A DNA stretch of 64,000 nt from Chiloscyllium plagiosum (Eukaryota), in NCBI RefSeq assembly GCF_004010195.1, contig NW_025215215.1, positions 8,539 to 72,538 of the forward strand. Direction: 5' to 3'. A model generated the notes under the pieces. It searched no databases. It was not told the DNA's origin and saw only the letters and a list, made by a program, of their open reading frames with translations. Below are positions 1-12,358 of the stretch, piece by piece. The position numbers were made by a program, and so were the translations under genes. Each line of letters starts with the position of its first letter. Positions within the stretch are counted from its first letter, which is position 1.

Positions 1-838
1 AAACTTGAAGATGACACTAAAATAGGTGGTATTGTGGACAGTGAGGAAGTATATCAGAAATTGCAGCAGGACCTTGATCAAACTGGAGAAGTTGGCCGAG
101 TAATATTTTAGCAACATTAAGTCAAGGTAGGAGTTTCATGGTGATTGGTAGGATCTTAAGGAGTGTAGTTGAGCAGAGGGACCATGGAGTTTAGGTCAAC
201 CGTGCTCTGAAAGTGGGGTCATAGTTAGACATGGTAGTGAAGAAGGCTTTTGACACAGTAGCATGCATCGGTCAGGACATGGAGGCGAGCAGTTGGGAAG
301 TTATGTTGCAGTTATACAGGATGTTAGTGAGGCTGCACTTGTAGTGTTGTGTTCAGTTTTAGTCACATTGCGATCGGAAGGATGTTTTAAATTTGGAATG
401 TGTGCAAACAGATTTTACAAAAATATTTCCAGCACTCAACAATATGAATTATAGGGAGAGGTTGGACAAGCGAGGACTTTTTTCTTTAGAGAATAGGAGA
501 CTGAGAGGGATCTTATCGAAGTTTACATGGATAGGGTGAATGGATCCAGCCTTTTTTTTCCCAGAGTTGGGGAATCGAGGAGGAGAGGGCATCAGTTTAA
601 GGTGAGAGGGGAATGACTAAAAGGGAAATTGATGGAAACTGTTTTACAGAGACAGTGATATACAAAGGGACTGAGCTGCTGACGGAAGTGGTTGAAGTAC
701 TTGTATTAACGATATTTAAACGGCATTTGGGCAAAAATATGGACAGGAAAGGAGAGAATACTATGGGTCAAGTGCTGGGAAATAAGGCTAGTGTGGTTGG
801 ATATTTGGGCCAAAGGGCCTCTCTGCATGCTGTAGGAC
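1..838 (+). mobile_element. CR1/HER1-type LINE, decayed 3' part of ORF2 and 3' UTR
   Basis: Starts at the (F)ADDTKIGGIVDSEE-like RT motif, followed by typical CR1 C-terminal sequence with stops and frameshifts. Confidence 0.85.
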
Positions 839-1134
839 TTAGATTTGATTAGATTACATTACAGTGTGGAAACAGGCCCTTCGGCCAAACAAGTCCACCC
901 ATACCCCTACATTTTCCACCTTACCTAACACTACAGGCAATTTAATATGGCCAATTCACCTGGCCCTGTACATCTTTGGATGGTGGGAGGAAACCAGAGC
1001 ACCCGGAGGAAACCCACGCAGACACGGGGAGAACGTGCAAACTCCACATAGTCAGTCGCCTGAGGCAGGAATTGAACCCGGGTCTCTGGCGCTGTGAGGC
1101 AGCAGTGCTAACCACTGTGCCACCCTGCCGCCCC
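839..1134 (-). mobile_element. HE1-type tRNA-derived V-SINE
   Basis: Reverse complement has A box TGGCACAGTGG, B box GGTTCAATTCC, V-domain GTCTGCGTGGGTTTCCTCCGGGTGCTCTGGTTTCCTCCC and a TCTAA-like tail; close match to 17787-18118. Confidence 0.93.
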
Positions 1135-1280
1135 GAATGACTTGATGACTCTACAAATAGAACAGCATTTGGGTAAAACTCTCATTTTTCTTTTGGTCAT
1201 GAGTTCGAATCATAATTCGACAATATTCTTTCAAGTTAACTTTGCAGATATTTTGCTTTCCAGTTTGTTATCGACAATAG

Positions 1281-1352
1281 GTGTGTGTGTGTGCATGCGT
1301 GTGTGTATGTGTGCGTGTGTGTCTGTGTGTGTCTATGTGCGTCTGCGTGTGT
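1281..1352 (+). repeat. Imperfect (TG)n microsatellite
   Basis: Directly visible; paralogous TG tracts at 38310-38515 and 58880-58960. Confidence 0.9.
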
Positions 1353-1957
1353 TTCTCAGTACTTTTCAAAGGAAAATATCAATGTAATATTTGTAATATC
1401 CTCTCGTCATTCCTCTTTCCATCATAGTTTGAGTAACTTTATTTTGGTCAGAAACGTGTTGTTTTAGCAGATTAAAGAAATCTGCCCGGCTTGTTCCTAA
1501 CACTGACCCTGACACACTCTGGGAACTATATCATTGGCCATATCACCAACATAGTTATAATTATTTTTTTGTAGCCAGTGGAGGAGTGGGACTAGAAAAG
1601 AGAGCAGTGAGCCAAAACAACACAGGGAATTATCCACTCAATCAGCCAACATTAGTGCCGAGGAGTTCGTTGGAGTGGATTCTGAGGGGTAGGATTTAGA
1701 TCTATTTAGAAAGACATGGACTGATTAAGGATAGTCAATGTGGATTTGTGTGATGGAAATAATGTTTAATTAATGTGAGTAAGTATTATGAAGAGGAGAC
1801 AAAGAAGATTGAAGACGACACTGTGGTACACATTGTTTACACAGACTTCAGCAAGGCATTTAATAAGGTTCCCCATCGTAGACAGATTACTAAAATTAGG
1901 TTATATGTAATCTAGGAAAAGCTAACCAATTGGATGCAAAATTAGATTGAAGGTAAT

Positions 1958-2700
1958 GGATTCAAAGTTTGTGCGAAGATTTGGAGCTCGGGTGCTCGTT
2001 GTTGTGGTTCTGTTCGCCGAGCTGGAAGTTTTTGTTGCAAACGTTTCGTCCCCTGGCTAGGCGACATCATCAGTGCTTGGGAGCCTCCTGCGAACCGCTT
2101 CTTTGATGTTTCCTCCGGTGTTTATAGTGGCCTGTCCCTGCCGCTTCCGGTTGTCAGTTTCAGCTGTCCGCTGTAGTGGTTGGTATATTGGGTCCAGGTC
2201 GATGTGTTTGTTGATGGAGTTTGTGGATGAATGCCATGCCTCTAGGAATTCCCTGGCTGTCCTGTCTGGCTTGCCCTATGATAGTAGTGTTGTCCCAGTC
2301 GAATTCATGTTGCTAGTCCTCGTTCCGTGGTCTTTCTCTTAGGCATCTGTTGATGAAGTTGCGCGGGTATCCATTTTTGGCGAATACCTTGTATAGTTGT
2401 TCCTCTTCTTTTTGCAGTTCTGGTGTACTGCAGTGTGTTGTCGACCTTTTGAATAGTGTCCTGATGCAGCTTCGTTTGTGTGTGTTGGGGTGGTTACTTT
2501 CATAGTTTAGGACTTGGTCTGTGTGTGTGGATTTCCTGTATACCCTTGTAGTGAATTCTCCGTTCGGTGTTCTCTGTACCATCACATCTAGGAATGGGAG
2601 ATGGCTATCCTTTTCTTCTTCTCTCGTGAATCGGATTCCTGTGAGTGTGGCGTTGATGATCGTTGTGTTTTTTCTATTTCCGTGTTTTTAATGATTACAA
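1958..2700 (-). mobile_element. Penelope-like element (Poseidon-type), 5'-truncated and internally deleted
   Basis: ORF 2313..2585 (VYRKSTHTDQVLNYESNHPNTHKRSCIRTLFKR...NGYPRNFI) is the PLE RT thumb/linker. It joins directly to a QHEFDWDNTTIIGQA tail, so most of the GIY-YIG core is missing. Hammerhead motif in the 3' region. Confidence 0.9.
2037..2076 (-). ncRNA. Minimal type I hammerhead ribozyme motif (PLE-associated)
   Basis: Minus strand: GCA-CTGATGA-tGTCgCCTagccAGGgGAC-GAAA-CG-TT-TGC. Core boxes intact, stem II GTC.CCT/AGG.GAC, 3-bp stem I GCA/TGC, GUU cleavage triplet. Confidence 0.8.
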
Positions 2701-4407
2701 CTTTGATGTGATTATCGGAGGCATGGTTATTAAGTTTACAGATAACATCACCAAAGTGGTGCAATGGACAGTAATGAAGATTATGTCAGAATATAACGGG
2801 ATCCTTGACAATCAATGAGCCAAGGACTGGCAGAGGTAGTTTAATTTAGATATTTGTGAGGGTTTGCATTTTGGTATGTTAAAGCAAGGTAGTACCCTGG
2901 GGAATGTTGCTGAACAAAGAGACCTACGGGTGAAGATTCATAGTTCCTTGAAAGTGGAGTTTAAGTCAGTAGAGTGGCGAAGAACGTGGTTTGCATGCTT
3001 GCCTTAATCGGTCAGAATATTGAGTGTAGGAGTAGGGGTAGCGTGTTGCGCTTGTACAGGACGTAGGCGAGGCCACTTTAAGAATACTACGTAATGTCAA
3101 TTGACTTTGCTAAAGAATGGATGTTGTTAAGCTTGAAAGAGTGCAGAAACGATTGACAAGGATTTTCTGGAACCTGAGGGTTTGAGCTACAGGGAGATGA
3201 TGAACAGGTTGAAGCTTTTCCCCTGGGCTGTTAGAGGCTGAATGGTGATATGACAGAGATTTTAGAAAGTCCTGAGGGGCATGGATAGTCTGAATGGGCA
3301 AGACTTTTTTTCCCAGTGTAGGGGCATCCAGAACTAGACGGCATAGTGTGAAGGTGACATGGCAAAGACTTAGAAGGGTCCTGAGGGGAAACATTTTCAT
3401 ACAGAGGCTGGTGGGTGTACTATCAGAGGAAGTGGTGAAAGCCGGTACAATTACACATTTAAAATGTACCTGGATAGGTGGTGCAAAAATAGGAATGGTT
3501 AAGAGGGATGTGGGCCAAATGCTGACAAGTGGGACGAGATCTGATTTAGATGCCAGATTGGAGTGGACAATTTGGACAAAAGGATCTGTTTCCACGCTGT
3601 ATGACTCTCTTATTCTGATAACGGGTTGAGGGATAATTCTAAAAGGACCATTCGAATGGGAATTCTCTTCCCCAGACGTTTGTGGTGCCTCTCTGATTAC
3701 AAGTATTCACAGCTGAATTAGTTAAAGATTTGACAGAGACGTGTGTCACTGATAATGGGACACAGACAGGAAAATAAGGCTGTGACCACAATCTGATCAG
3801 CCACAATCTTAATGCCTGGTGGAGAAGGCTCAATTCTCTAATGACCCACTCCTGCTCCTCAGTCTCATGTTTCTGTGTTCCATTCAAACCCTCAAACCTG
3901 CTAGACAGAAATAGTTGGAGTCCACTTAATGTGAAAGCATGGTGCACAGAAACAGAGGAGACCATTTCGTCCCTCAAGACTGTCCCACACGGTTTGGGAG
4001 ATTTGGAAAATGTAATTGGAAGACCCACGCTAGACATAAAAGAGGTCATTCATCTCTCTTTACAGAGCTTCCCTTCTCTGTAACTTGTGCTTCATTTGTT
4101 GATCATGTTGTCGAACCAGATTCGCTGTGAATACAGTCCCCAAATCTCACTCAGCGATGGCTCACAAAATCCGCTGGTCTCCCTGATTGCAACATTCCAT
4201 AAAAGATCTTCCAAGAAAATAACACCAACTAACTTTCCAATAACAGAATGGAGAAACATCAGAAAGAGGGGCAGGTCATTCCCATCCCAAGCCTGCCTTG
4301 CTCTTCACTGAGATCAAGGCTGACCTGCTCCAAGTCTCAAATCTTCCTCAATGTCCAAGTCTTCTTGAGCACTTCCATAGAGCACAGAACAAAGAACAGG
4401 ACTGATT

Positions 4408-4876
4408 TGGAGATGCCGGTGTTGGACTTGGGTGTACAAAGTTAAAAATCACACAGCACCAGGTTATAGTCCAACAGGTTTAATTGGAAGCACACTAGCT
4501 TTTGCAGCATCCATCCTTCATCAGGTGATAGTGGAGTGCTTAATCCTAAAACAGAATTAATTGCAGAAATTTGCAGTGTGATGTAACTGAAATCATACAT
4601 TGAAAAATTGATTGTTAAGCCTTTCATCTGTTAGAATACCATGATAGTTTCACTTCCTTCATATGCAAATCACAACAGCTACTTTTAAAGTTGAATTCTC
4701 AGGTTAGCTGTTGACAATGGTGATAGCTAGACAATATGGTGAAGGTGTTGCTCCCCTGTGTACTCTGTCTATATCATGATGTTTAGTTTGATTCTAATCT
4801 AAAAAGCGAGATAACGGAGTTTTACATGAATTCATGCAGTTTTTGAGCTCAGAGTTCACCATGAATGCATGCAGTT
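4408..4876 (-). mobile_element. Penelope-like element 3' end (second family) with degenerate hammerhead
   Basis: Minus strand CAC-CTGATGA-aggatggatgctgc-AAAA-GC-TA-GTG at ~4492-4527 (GAAA mutated); same family as 23025-23530. Confidence 0.7.
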
Positions 4877-5285
4877 AGGACCTTCAGCCCTCGACGTTGT
4901 GCAGTTTATCCTACTCTAAGATCAGACTAACCTACATGCTTCCGTTCACCTTGTTCCATGTGCTTATCCAAGAGTCTCTTAAGTTTCCCTCACGTATTTG
5001 ACTCTCCTACCACCGCTAGCAGTGCATTCGACACACGCACCACTCTATGTGTAAAGACTCTACCGCTGATATCTCCCCTAAACCTTCCTCCAATTGCCTT
5101 AAAAGTATGCCACTTAGTCATAGACAGTTCTGCCCTGGGAAAATGCTTCTGGCTATTCACTCTCTCTATGCCTCTCATCATCTTGTACATATCTAGTGAG
5201 AAACGCCCTCGCTCCCTCATGGTTTCTTCATAAGACCTGCCCTCCAGTCCAGGCAGCATCCTGATCAATCTCCTCCTGGTAACTC
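4877..5285 (-). mobile_element. CR1 LINE 3' fragment
   Basis: ORF 4990..5289 (RMLPGLEGRSYEE...FTHRVVRVSNAL) is the CR1 ORF2 C-terminus. Confidence 0.88.
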
Positions 5286-5454
5286 GCACTTAATGAGAAT
5301 TAATTATGATCTCTACACGTTTTGGAGTCATTCATGGCACAAGGGAAGATAATTTTCATTGTTGGGCATCAATCATCTCAGCCGTGGATTGCATCTGCAG
5401 GAGATCTTCAGCGTAGCTTCCTCAGTCCAGGCATCTCCAGTTTGTCATCATAGC

Positions 5455-5816
5455 AGCTCTACAGTGTGGAAGGAGGCTATTCAGCCCATTGAGTCCAAAC
5501 TGAGTAGAATAGATTCCCTACATTGTGCAAACAGGCACTTCGGCCCAACCTGTCCACACTGACTCTCCGAAGAGTAAACGAGCCAGACACATTTCCCTCT
5601 GACTAATGCACCTAACATAATGGACAATTTAGCATGGCTAATTCACCTGACCTGCACATCTTCGGACTGTGGGAGGAAACCGGAGCACCCGGAAGAAACT
5701 CATGCAGACAAGTGGGGAATGTGCAAACTCCACACAGGCAGTTGCCCAAGGCTGGAATCGAACCTGGGACCCTGGCGCTGCGAAGCAGCAGTGTAAGCTA
5801 CTGAGCCACCATGCCA
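5455..5816 (-). mobile_element. HE1-type SINE
   Basis: V-domain (gggaggaaaccggagcacccgg on +) and tRNA-like head near 5755-5815; absent from the paralogous segment at ~41330-41370. Confidence 0.88.
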
Positions 5817-7199
5817 GCAGAAGAGGGGGCATTCACAGAAGTTTAGAAAATTTTCAGGACAAGTTGTCCCTCTTCAGCTCTTGAATCAGTCTATGACCAT
5901 GTGCAGCAAGACTTGGACAACATTCAAGATCGTGCTGTTAAAGTTTGGGTAACATTTCTGTAACAGCACAGTACATTGCCACAGTAAAAGGAGGAGTTCA
6001 TTCAGCACCTGAATCTGGTTTCACAAGAATGTGGTGAAGCCATTCATCCCATCAAAACTACTGGGCAAGAAGAAGGATAGACCATTCAGTCCCTCCTACT
6101 TATTGCACAGGAAGACAGGGAATCTGCTCTCTCCCACATTTCACATACATGGGAACACAAAGAATCATTTCACACCCGGAGTCACTTACAAAGGAAAAGG
6201 AAGAGGTTATTAATTTTGTCAAGCCACTAACGCAGGAACAGGAAAGCGTCATCGATGCTCCAACATCACAAACAAATGGAGCAGGGGCTGCACAGACAGA
6301 CTGCTCCAAATTGATCCACATGCCTTAATTACTCATGGTACATTTGTGTTACTTTAACATGGTTTTCTGGCAGTCGGAATGAAGCCAACTTTTTTTAGCC
6401 ATTCTCTAAGTTACCTTGCATCTCCAAGAAGGCAGGTCCATGGTCTCCGTGGAGGTCAGAAGCCGTTGGGGAATAATTAACTGTTTCATAATTAAGGAAT
6501 TTTGGCTGCTGACAGGATTGTGTACAAAGTGACATTCAATGCAGTGTCACACAGTAACTGTGCATTAAAGTGTTCAGAGTTCATTCAGAGCCTGCAACTC
6601 GCTGTCAATCGGCATGGGGGGTCAGCAGATGCATGTAAACTGTCGTGAATCAAACATCTAATGAAAAGCATGAAAATTTCACACCATTCAGCTGTTTGGG
6701 ACATAATGAGTTTCTATCCATACCCATCCAGCTTCAACTTCTTATTTTCTCACAGCGCTACAGATTAAACACATATTTACTACACTCTCTCCTCATGCTA
6801 ACATCATGCCAGTTTTTAGTCTGGTCAAACTACTTTGCACTCTCTCAGTGACAAAGGCATTATTGTTTATAAAGCAGACCAAATCTTTACAAAATGCACC
6901 AAATACTCTCTCAAAAACACGATCAGTGGTAAAGATATTCTAACTTTTGTACTTCAATCATTTTGCCTGAAGAAACACAGATCATTTGCTTACTCCCGCC
7001 GTATGAATTCTGTCAGTGACGTATGACCAAGGACATTCAGGTGCTTTTTCACAAAATCCACTCGCCAACCTCTCTACCATTTAATAAATATAAATGTACA
7101 TGATGATATTTGTTGTTCACATCTGAATCATTTTTATACCTTGTGGACAGCAATTGCCCAAACACTGATCCTGCTGCAAGCCATCAATCCTTCAGTCCA

Positions 7200-7850
7200 G
7201 GGAAAAACAGTATTCTTTTCGTACCTCCGTTACCCAAATTTTAATCCATGTGGTATATATTCCACCCCTACCTACCCAAGGACTCTAACATTCCCCATTC
7301 ACCTGTATTCAAACATGTCAAGCATCTTCTAAAAATACAAATACTCCACTCCCATTGGTTCTCAACTGTCAATGTCACAATGGATAGTCTCCAGGTTTAT
7401 CAAAGATCATTTCCCTTTCCTGAATCTAGGCCGAATGTACCAAATCATATCATTATTCTCCAAGTATCTAGTTGTCACGTTCCTTATAAAACGATCCAAT
7501 ATTTTATTCTCACAGCTGACATCAAGTTATTTAGTTTTCTGTTTCCCTCTCCATCCTGTTTTAAATATTTAAGTTTACAATAGTTGTTTTCCAGTCTGCG
7601 GCATCTTTTCCAGCATCTAACTAGCTTTGAAGAATAATCAGTAATTCTTTCACTTGCTCTGTTCTGATCTCAATCACTCTGGGATGTAGCTCATCAGATG
7701 CAGCAACTTTTGGAACTGCAATTCAATTAGATTTTCAATAACATACTCTTTATTCCTTCTTATTTCCTGCAGTCTCCCATTTTTACCAATCACTCTGTTT
7801 CTTAATATTTCTGCAAGTTAGTTTCTGTACCTTCCCCTGTGGAGATGTAC
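7200..7850 (-). mobile_element. Old CR1-type LINE remnant
   Basis: Degraded reverse-complement CR1 ORF2 phrases (ctgacatcaag..., tccagtctgcggcatctt...). Confidence 0.55.
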
Positions 7851-8719
7851 CAATGCATTCCTCTCAGTAGACAGGTGGTTTCTGACCGCTTGTGAATACA
7901 TTGGAGGACTGCACTTCAGAGCTGGTGGATATATTACCCACTGCTGCCTGCAAAGTTCCAGAATCAATCCAATTTAATTCATCGTGAGTATCAGCACAGT
8001 TCTGTCTCTGGTATGAGACGACAGGTTCTCCTGAAGGAGGGGATACAGCTCAGTGACCACCTCAATTTTGAGACAAGCTGGTTTTATACTTTACACCAGA
8101 ATGGGTGCGCTTAGACAAATGTTCCTGGAAATCCCAGAGAGTATAGTACAGTGCCCGGCTCCTCCCAGTTCACACAGCTTCCCTCCTTTGTAGTCTCAGC
8201 TCCATTTGTTTACATAGACCCAGCCACACTGTAAATGCAGTATTCAGAGTGGGGTCCCCAGACCATCGGGGCTCCCTGAATGAACCCAGTAGCTGACATC
8301 ACAATCCTGAGAACACCATCCACAGAGCCTCCAATGGTTTTCTAGATGACAGCAGCAAGTTAATTCCCCACACCCATAGTGCATTCACTCAGTGTTGAAA
8401 ATGCCTCGGTCTCCTCAGTTTCTTTTCCTGGCTGAGAAAGCTGTTGCAACTCTACACACTCGCACAGTAACAGTTCCTCTCTCCAAAGAACCAGTTGTTA
8501 ATGGAACATTACGTTTATCTATATATCAGTGACTCTAAGCATAGCTGATGGAGTTGATCACCACACTCGGAGACGAGAGATAGAGGGAACATAACTCACG
8601 GTAGGCAGGGACATGCCGTAATAAATATGAGTTTCAGGAATACGTGAAAAGGGGAAGTGTTAGAATAACTTCCCATTCTGTTTTCCTTCCAGTCCATCAT
8701 CAGCAATCCTTTTGCTTGC

Positions 8720-8726
<7 letters not shown>

Positions 8727-8779
<53 letters not shown>
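8727..8779 (+). repeat. (TC)n microsatellite
   Basis: Perfect TC run of ~26 units. Confidence 0.97.
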
Positions 8780-8780
<1 letters not shown>

Positions 8781-8904
8781 AAACATTATTTGTGTGTTTC
8801 TTCCGACAGACTGCCATACCTGCTAAGATTCTCCAACATTCTTTCAGACGCTGGAGAATTTTATTTCAGATCGCCAGCATCCGCATTTCCTTGGTTATTT
8901 CACC

Positions 8905-9270
8905 TTTAATGTTGTTGTTTCGCGAGATGCCAGCATCACTGGCAAGGGCAGCATTTGTTGGCCATCCTAACTGTCCTTGACCATGCGGCCATTTGTCAAG
9001 GCAATATGGAGGCAACCATATTGTTGGGGATCTGAGGTGACACTTAGTTCAGACAGTGCAAAAATGTTAGGCTTCTTTACCAAAGGTTACTAATAAAATA
9101 AGAAAAGAAATCCTAATGGTTTATGGTTGCCCTGAGTGAAATTAGGTTTCATTCCAAATTTTGTCATTGGAATTTATATTTAGTCATCGGCAGTGGCAGG
9201 ATTTCAGACAATGCTTTTAGAGTCATAACCTGTGCCTCTGAATTACAGTCAGTGACATCATTACTCTGTT
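8905..9270 (-). mobile_element. SacSINE1/DeuSINE-like SINE, decayed
   Basis: gcatcactggcaagggcagcatttgttggccatcctaactgtccttga tail plus caaccatattgttggggatctgaggtgacac core; a + strand relative lies at 29205-29375. Confidence 0.65.
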
Positions 9271-9652
9271 TAACAGTCCATGTTGTGAAGTAACTGTCGA
9301 GACAAGAACAAGTTTGTAGTCAAACTATTTGTAAGTAGAAGAGAGGTCAAAAGAGAACTGGAGCCATAAAATCTGTCGTTAACGAAGGGGTAGATGATGG
9401 CGAAGTCAGCAACAGAACACAGGCAGAGTTGGAGCCTGGGGACATTATGTAGGTGGGTGTCGGCAGGTATTATCACAAAGAAAATATGGAGACATAAAAC
9501 AGTTCACGGTAAAAAGAGACTTAACATTCCGAACAGTCTTGTTCCTTCTCGGATGTTTATGAGTAAGTAGTTTGGAAATGCATGAGAATATAATCAACCA
9601 GAATAGCAATAACATGCAGCCTCATTTATAGAATTGACAGAGATAGACTTAC

Positions 9653-9969
9653 CAGGAGCACCAATAATAGCGAGGATGGGATAGTACCCAGCTGAAGGGC
9701 TTTTGCCCGAAACGTCGATTTCGAAGCTCATTGGATGCTGCCTGAACTGCTGTGCTCTTCCAGCACCACTAATCCATAATCATCAGTACAGCTCGTATCT
9801 GCAACTGTAATCGTGGCCAATCCGGAGAAAGCCAGTAAAGACCTCAGGATAAACTCCTGTCCATTGTTGTCAGATTCTGATCCATTATTGGAAGATTCCA
9901 GTCTAATTTTCTCAGATTCTGATCCATTGTTCGAAGATTCCAGTCTAATATTCTCAGATTCAAAACCAT
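9653..9969 (-). pseudogene. GPR139-like GPCR, first coding exon, copy A (disabled)
   Basis: Manual minus-strand translation from ATG 9969: MVLNLRILDWNLRT-MDQNLRKLDWNLPI-MDQNLTT-MDRSLS*GLYWLSPDWPRLQLQIRAVLMIM[79-bp insert]EAGYYPILAIIGAP, then phase-1 donor G|GTAAGT at 9653/9652. YYPILAIIGxP followed by an intron matches my recollection of exon 1 of elasmobranch GPR139-like receptors. In-frame TGA at 9844-9846; insertion at 9694-9772. Confidence 0.85.
9694..9772 (+). mobile_element. 79-bp PLE-derived hammerhead-tail mini-insertion inside GPCR exon 1
   Basis: gaagggcttttgcccgaaacgtcgatt...cagcaccactaa matches the copies at 21266, 38810 and 43229. Removing it restores the GPCR frame colinearly with copy B. 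Confidence 0.88.
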
Positions 9970-10003
9970 TGTTTAAACATTCTAATATTCTCAGATTCTG
10001 ATC
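9870..10003 (-). repeat. 42-bp coding tandem repeat (14-aa MDQNLRILDWNLRT-type unit) in the GPCR N-terminus
   Basis: + strand unit cagattctgatccattgttcgaagattccagtctaatattct repeated ~3 times; the same unit occurs ~2 times at 25490-25572. Confidence 0.85.
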
Positions 10004-10229
10004 TCTCTCACTTTGTAGCTGCTGATCCCAATCTTGTTGATTTTGACTCTGCCCCGAATACTATGACATAACATGTTGCACGAAGGCCGTAATTATGGAA
10101 GAGAGAAAGTCTCCAGTTGATCCAGTTAGGTCCAGGAAGACTGATCTTAATCACAGTCACAGAGCAAACAGTTCCAGTTAACGTATTTTACGACAACTCT
10201 GATATATAACAATAATACTAGTTGTGGGT

Positions 10230-10995
10230 GGGATTTTGATATCGCTGACTATTGGTCTAATGGCACATCTCCAGTTGTAAACATAGAGGTGAGGGAGAGA
10301 GATAATTCTTTCTCTTCACAAGCTCAATGATTCTGCCGTGTTTTGGCAGTATAGGAATTGCTGGGCTCCCGAGGCTGTCTGTGTCTGATCACCAGGCCTG
10401 CTGCATCTTTTCGTTTTATTTATTTATGTTTAACTTTCACTTTTGTCTGTCCAACATTTAATGGCTTAGGCGGGTTTAGACATTTTGAGAGATACCTACA
10501 GAGCTATAGACGATGTAGATACAGTCCATTCCTTGTGTTCTTGCAGCCACGGTCTGGTCCTGTGGAGTGATGGTCAAACTCTCACAGAACCAAGATTCTT
10601 AGTTTTACCTTTCGCCAGTTATTGCTGGGGTCTCAGCAGAGTTGGAATGCAGGAAATCTCTCCCGGCTGTACACACTCTCTCTGTGATTTCTCTCGGAAC
10701 TGTCTTTTGATGTTCTTTCCTCCTGGATTGGAGAACTGCATGTGAGACAATCTGTTTCCTGCATTTGATTTTTAAAATTTGTGCGCTTATTGGATGATAC
10801 CATATTGGAGCAGTTACTGTATAGCTGTTAAATAAACTATTATTCTGCTAAGTTTTCCAATAGAATAAAGTTATTGCAAGTTCCTCTTCCTTTTGTTGTC
10901 TTTTATCGACAGTATTCGAATAAATACTGTTTTGCTTAATGTCGAATATTTTGACCAAGTAAATTCTATCTGAAACACATCACCTCACATTTACC
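10230..10995 (+). mobile_element. Probable LTR-derived fragment
   Basis: AT-rich stretch with several AATAAA and LTR-U5-like wording; termini not resolved. Confidence 0.35.
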
Positions 10996-12155
10996 AGCAG
11001 AATGGGCCGAGCTGGAGGAGTGATAATCATGTCAGGAATTATATTGGATGCTGAATCCACCTCTCAGATCCAGCCCGTATAAGCCCAGATGAGATACCTG
11101 CTCAGCATGAAGCACTGCGTAGACTACGCTAGTGTACTGCTCAGCTATTCGTCCAGGATCGAACACTGTTTAGAGCTCACCAGTTCACTACGTATCTGTC
11201 CAACAGTCCACTGATCTATAAACTTGGACTGGATGATCTGTTCAGCACAGGGCGCTGTGCAGAACACACAAAGGCACTGTTCTATACACACGGACTGGAT
11301 ATCTGTGCAGCATGGGGAGCTGTCCAGTGAATAGCGGTGAATTTATCTTTTAATCTGGAGCAGTTACCTTCCAAGCACACATAGCTGTGTACACCACTCA
11401 CAGTATTGCTGAGTAACACTGTGTTAGATCACTGCCCAGTGTGGGGAAACTTGCAGCTCATGCTGGAAGTGACAGGATGTGGAGCTCCCCTCCATTTACA
11501 GCTCCATACTTCCATTGTGGCATGGCACAGGACTGCTGTGGGTGTGAATCTCACTGTCAGAGAGAGAGATAGCGGGGGAATCAGTTAAAATACCAACAAA
11601 TGGGAGGAGCTTGGTTAAAAGCGAGGGGGATATTGAGAGAGAATTTCACAAAAGGATCTGATGGTAGGTTTAAAAATTGTGAAATGAAAATATTTCGATA
11701 GCATCTTGCAATATAGGCCATTGTTTCCAGGAATGATGGGTGAGCAGGATATTGGTGTAAGTTAAGATGATGGAGAGTTTTGGATAAGCATTTGTCCTGC
11801 AGCGTTGTAACTGGGAGTAGGATCAGCAGAGTCTTCGATTCATTGGGCTAAATCGAACAATAATTTGTCTCAGTGCCATTTTCATTGAGTGTGACAGAAG
11901 GAATGTCTGCACGAGGCAGAGCTAGTTTCCTGGTGTTATCTTATTGAACTCACCTCATTAACTATCCACACCATGGTGTCCCTCTCAGTCAATACCAGCC
12001 CGATTCTCCTACCCATCATGGCTGGAGGTACACATCCTCGCACGGGAACACCTGGATATTCAGTGATCCCTGGCTCTGCTGCCATCTTTAAAAGGCCAAT
12101 GGGCACGTGGTTGAGCTTTCTCAGCTTGGAACTGCCCTGCATAGTTTACTCGAGC

Positions 12156-12358
12156 ATGGCAGATAAGCGGCAATTCTACCGCAGTTTGTAGACAGGGGCA
12201 CGGAGGTCCTGCTGGATGGGCTAGTACAGAGGAGGACCATTCTCTTCCCAGAGTGGGCCACACCACCAGACCCACCGAGAATGGTTGGAGCTCACCACAC
12301 AGCTCAGTGCAGTATCAGTCAGAAGTAATCTCCAGCAATTCAGGAAAAGCATCAGTAA
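12156..12358 (+). mobile_element. Harbinger-type Myb/SANT-like DNA-binding gene remnant, copy 1
   Basis: Frameshifted translation ...PQFVDRGTEVLLDGLVQRRTILFP...EWLELTTQLSAVSVRSNLQQFRKSISN fits the Myb/SANT (MSANTD-like) pattern; truncated by CR1 at ~12358. Confidence 0.65.

Larger units (their letters stand above)
1570..3610 (+). mobile_element. CR1 LINE ORF2 remnant interrupted by a Penelope-like element
   Basis: DFSKAFNKVPH-like RT motif near 1845 and KFxDxTK-like motif near 2735, ending in a ctgtatgactct tail near 3605. Confidence 0.8.

Noticed and set aside
11470..11560. Possible seventh copy of the unassigned 200-bp module upstream of exon copy A
   Set aside because: Similarity (gagctcccctcc…cattgtggcatg) is too weak to call without an alignment.
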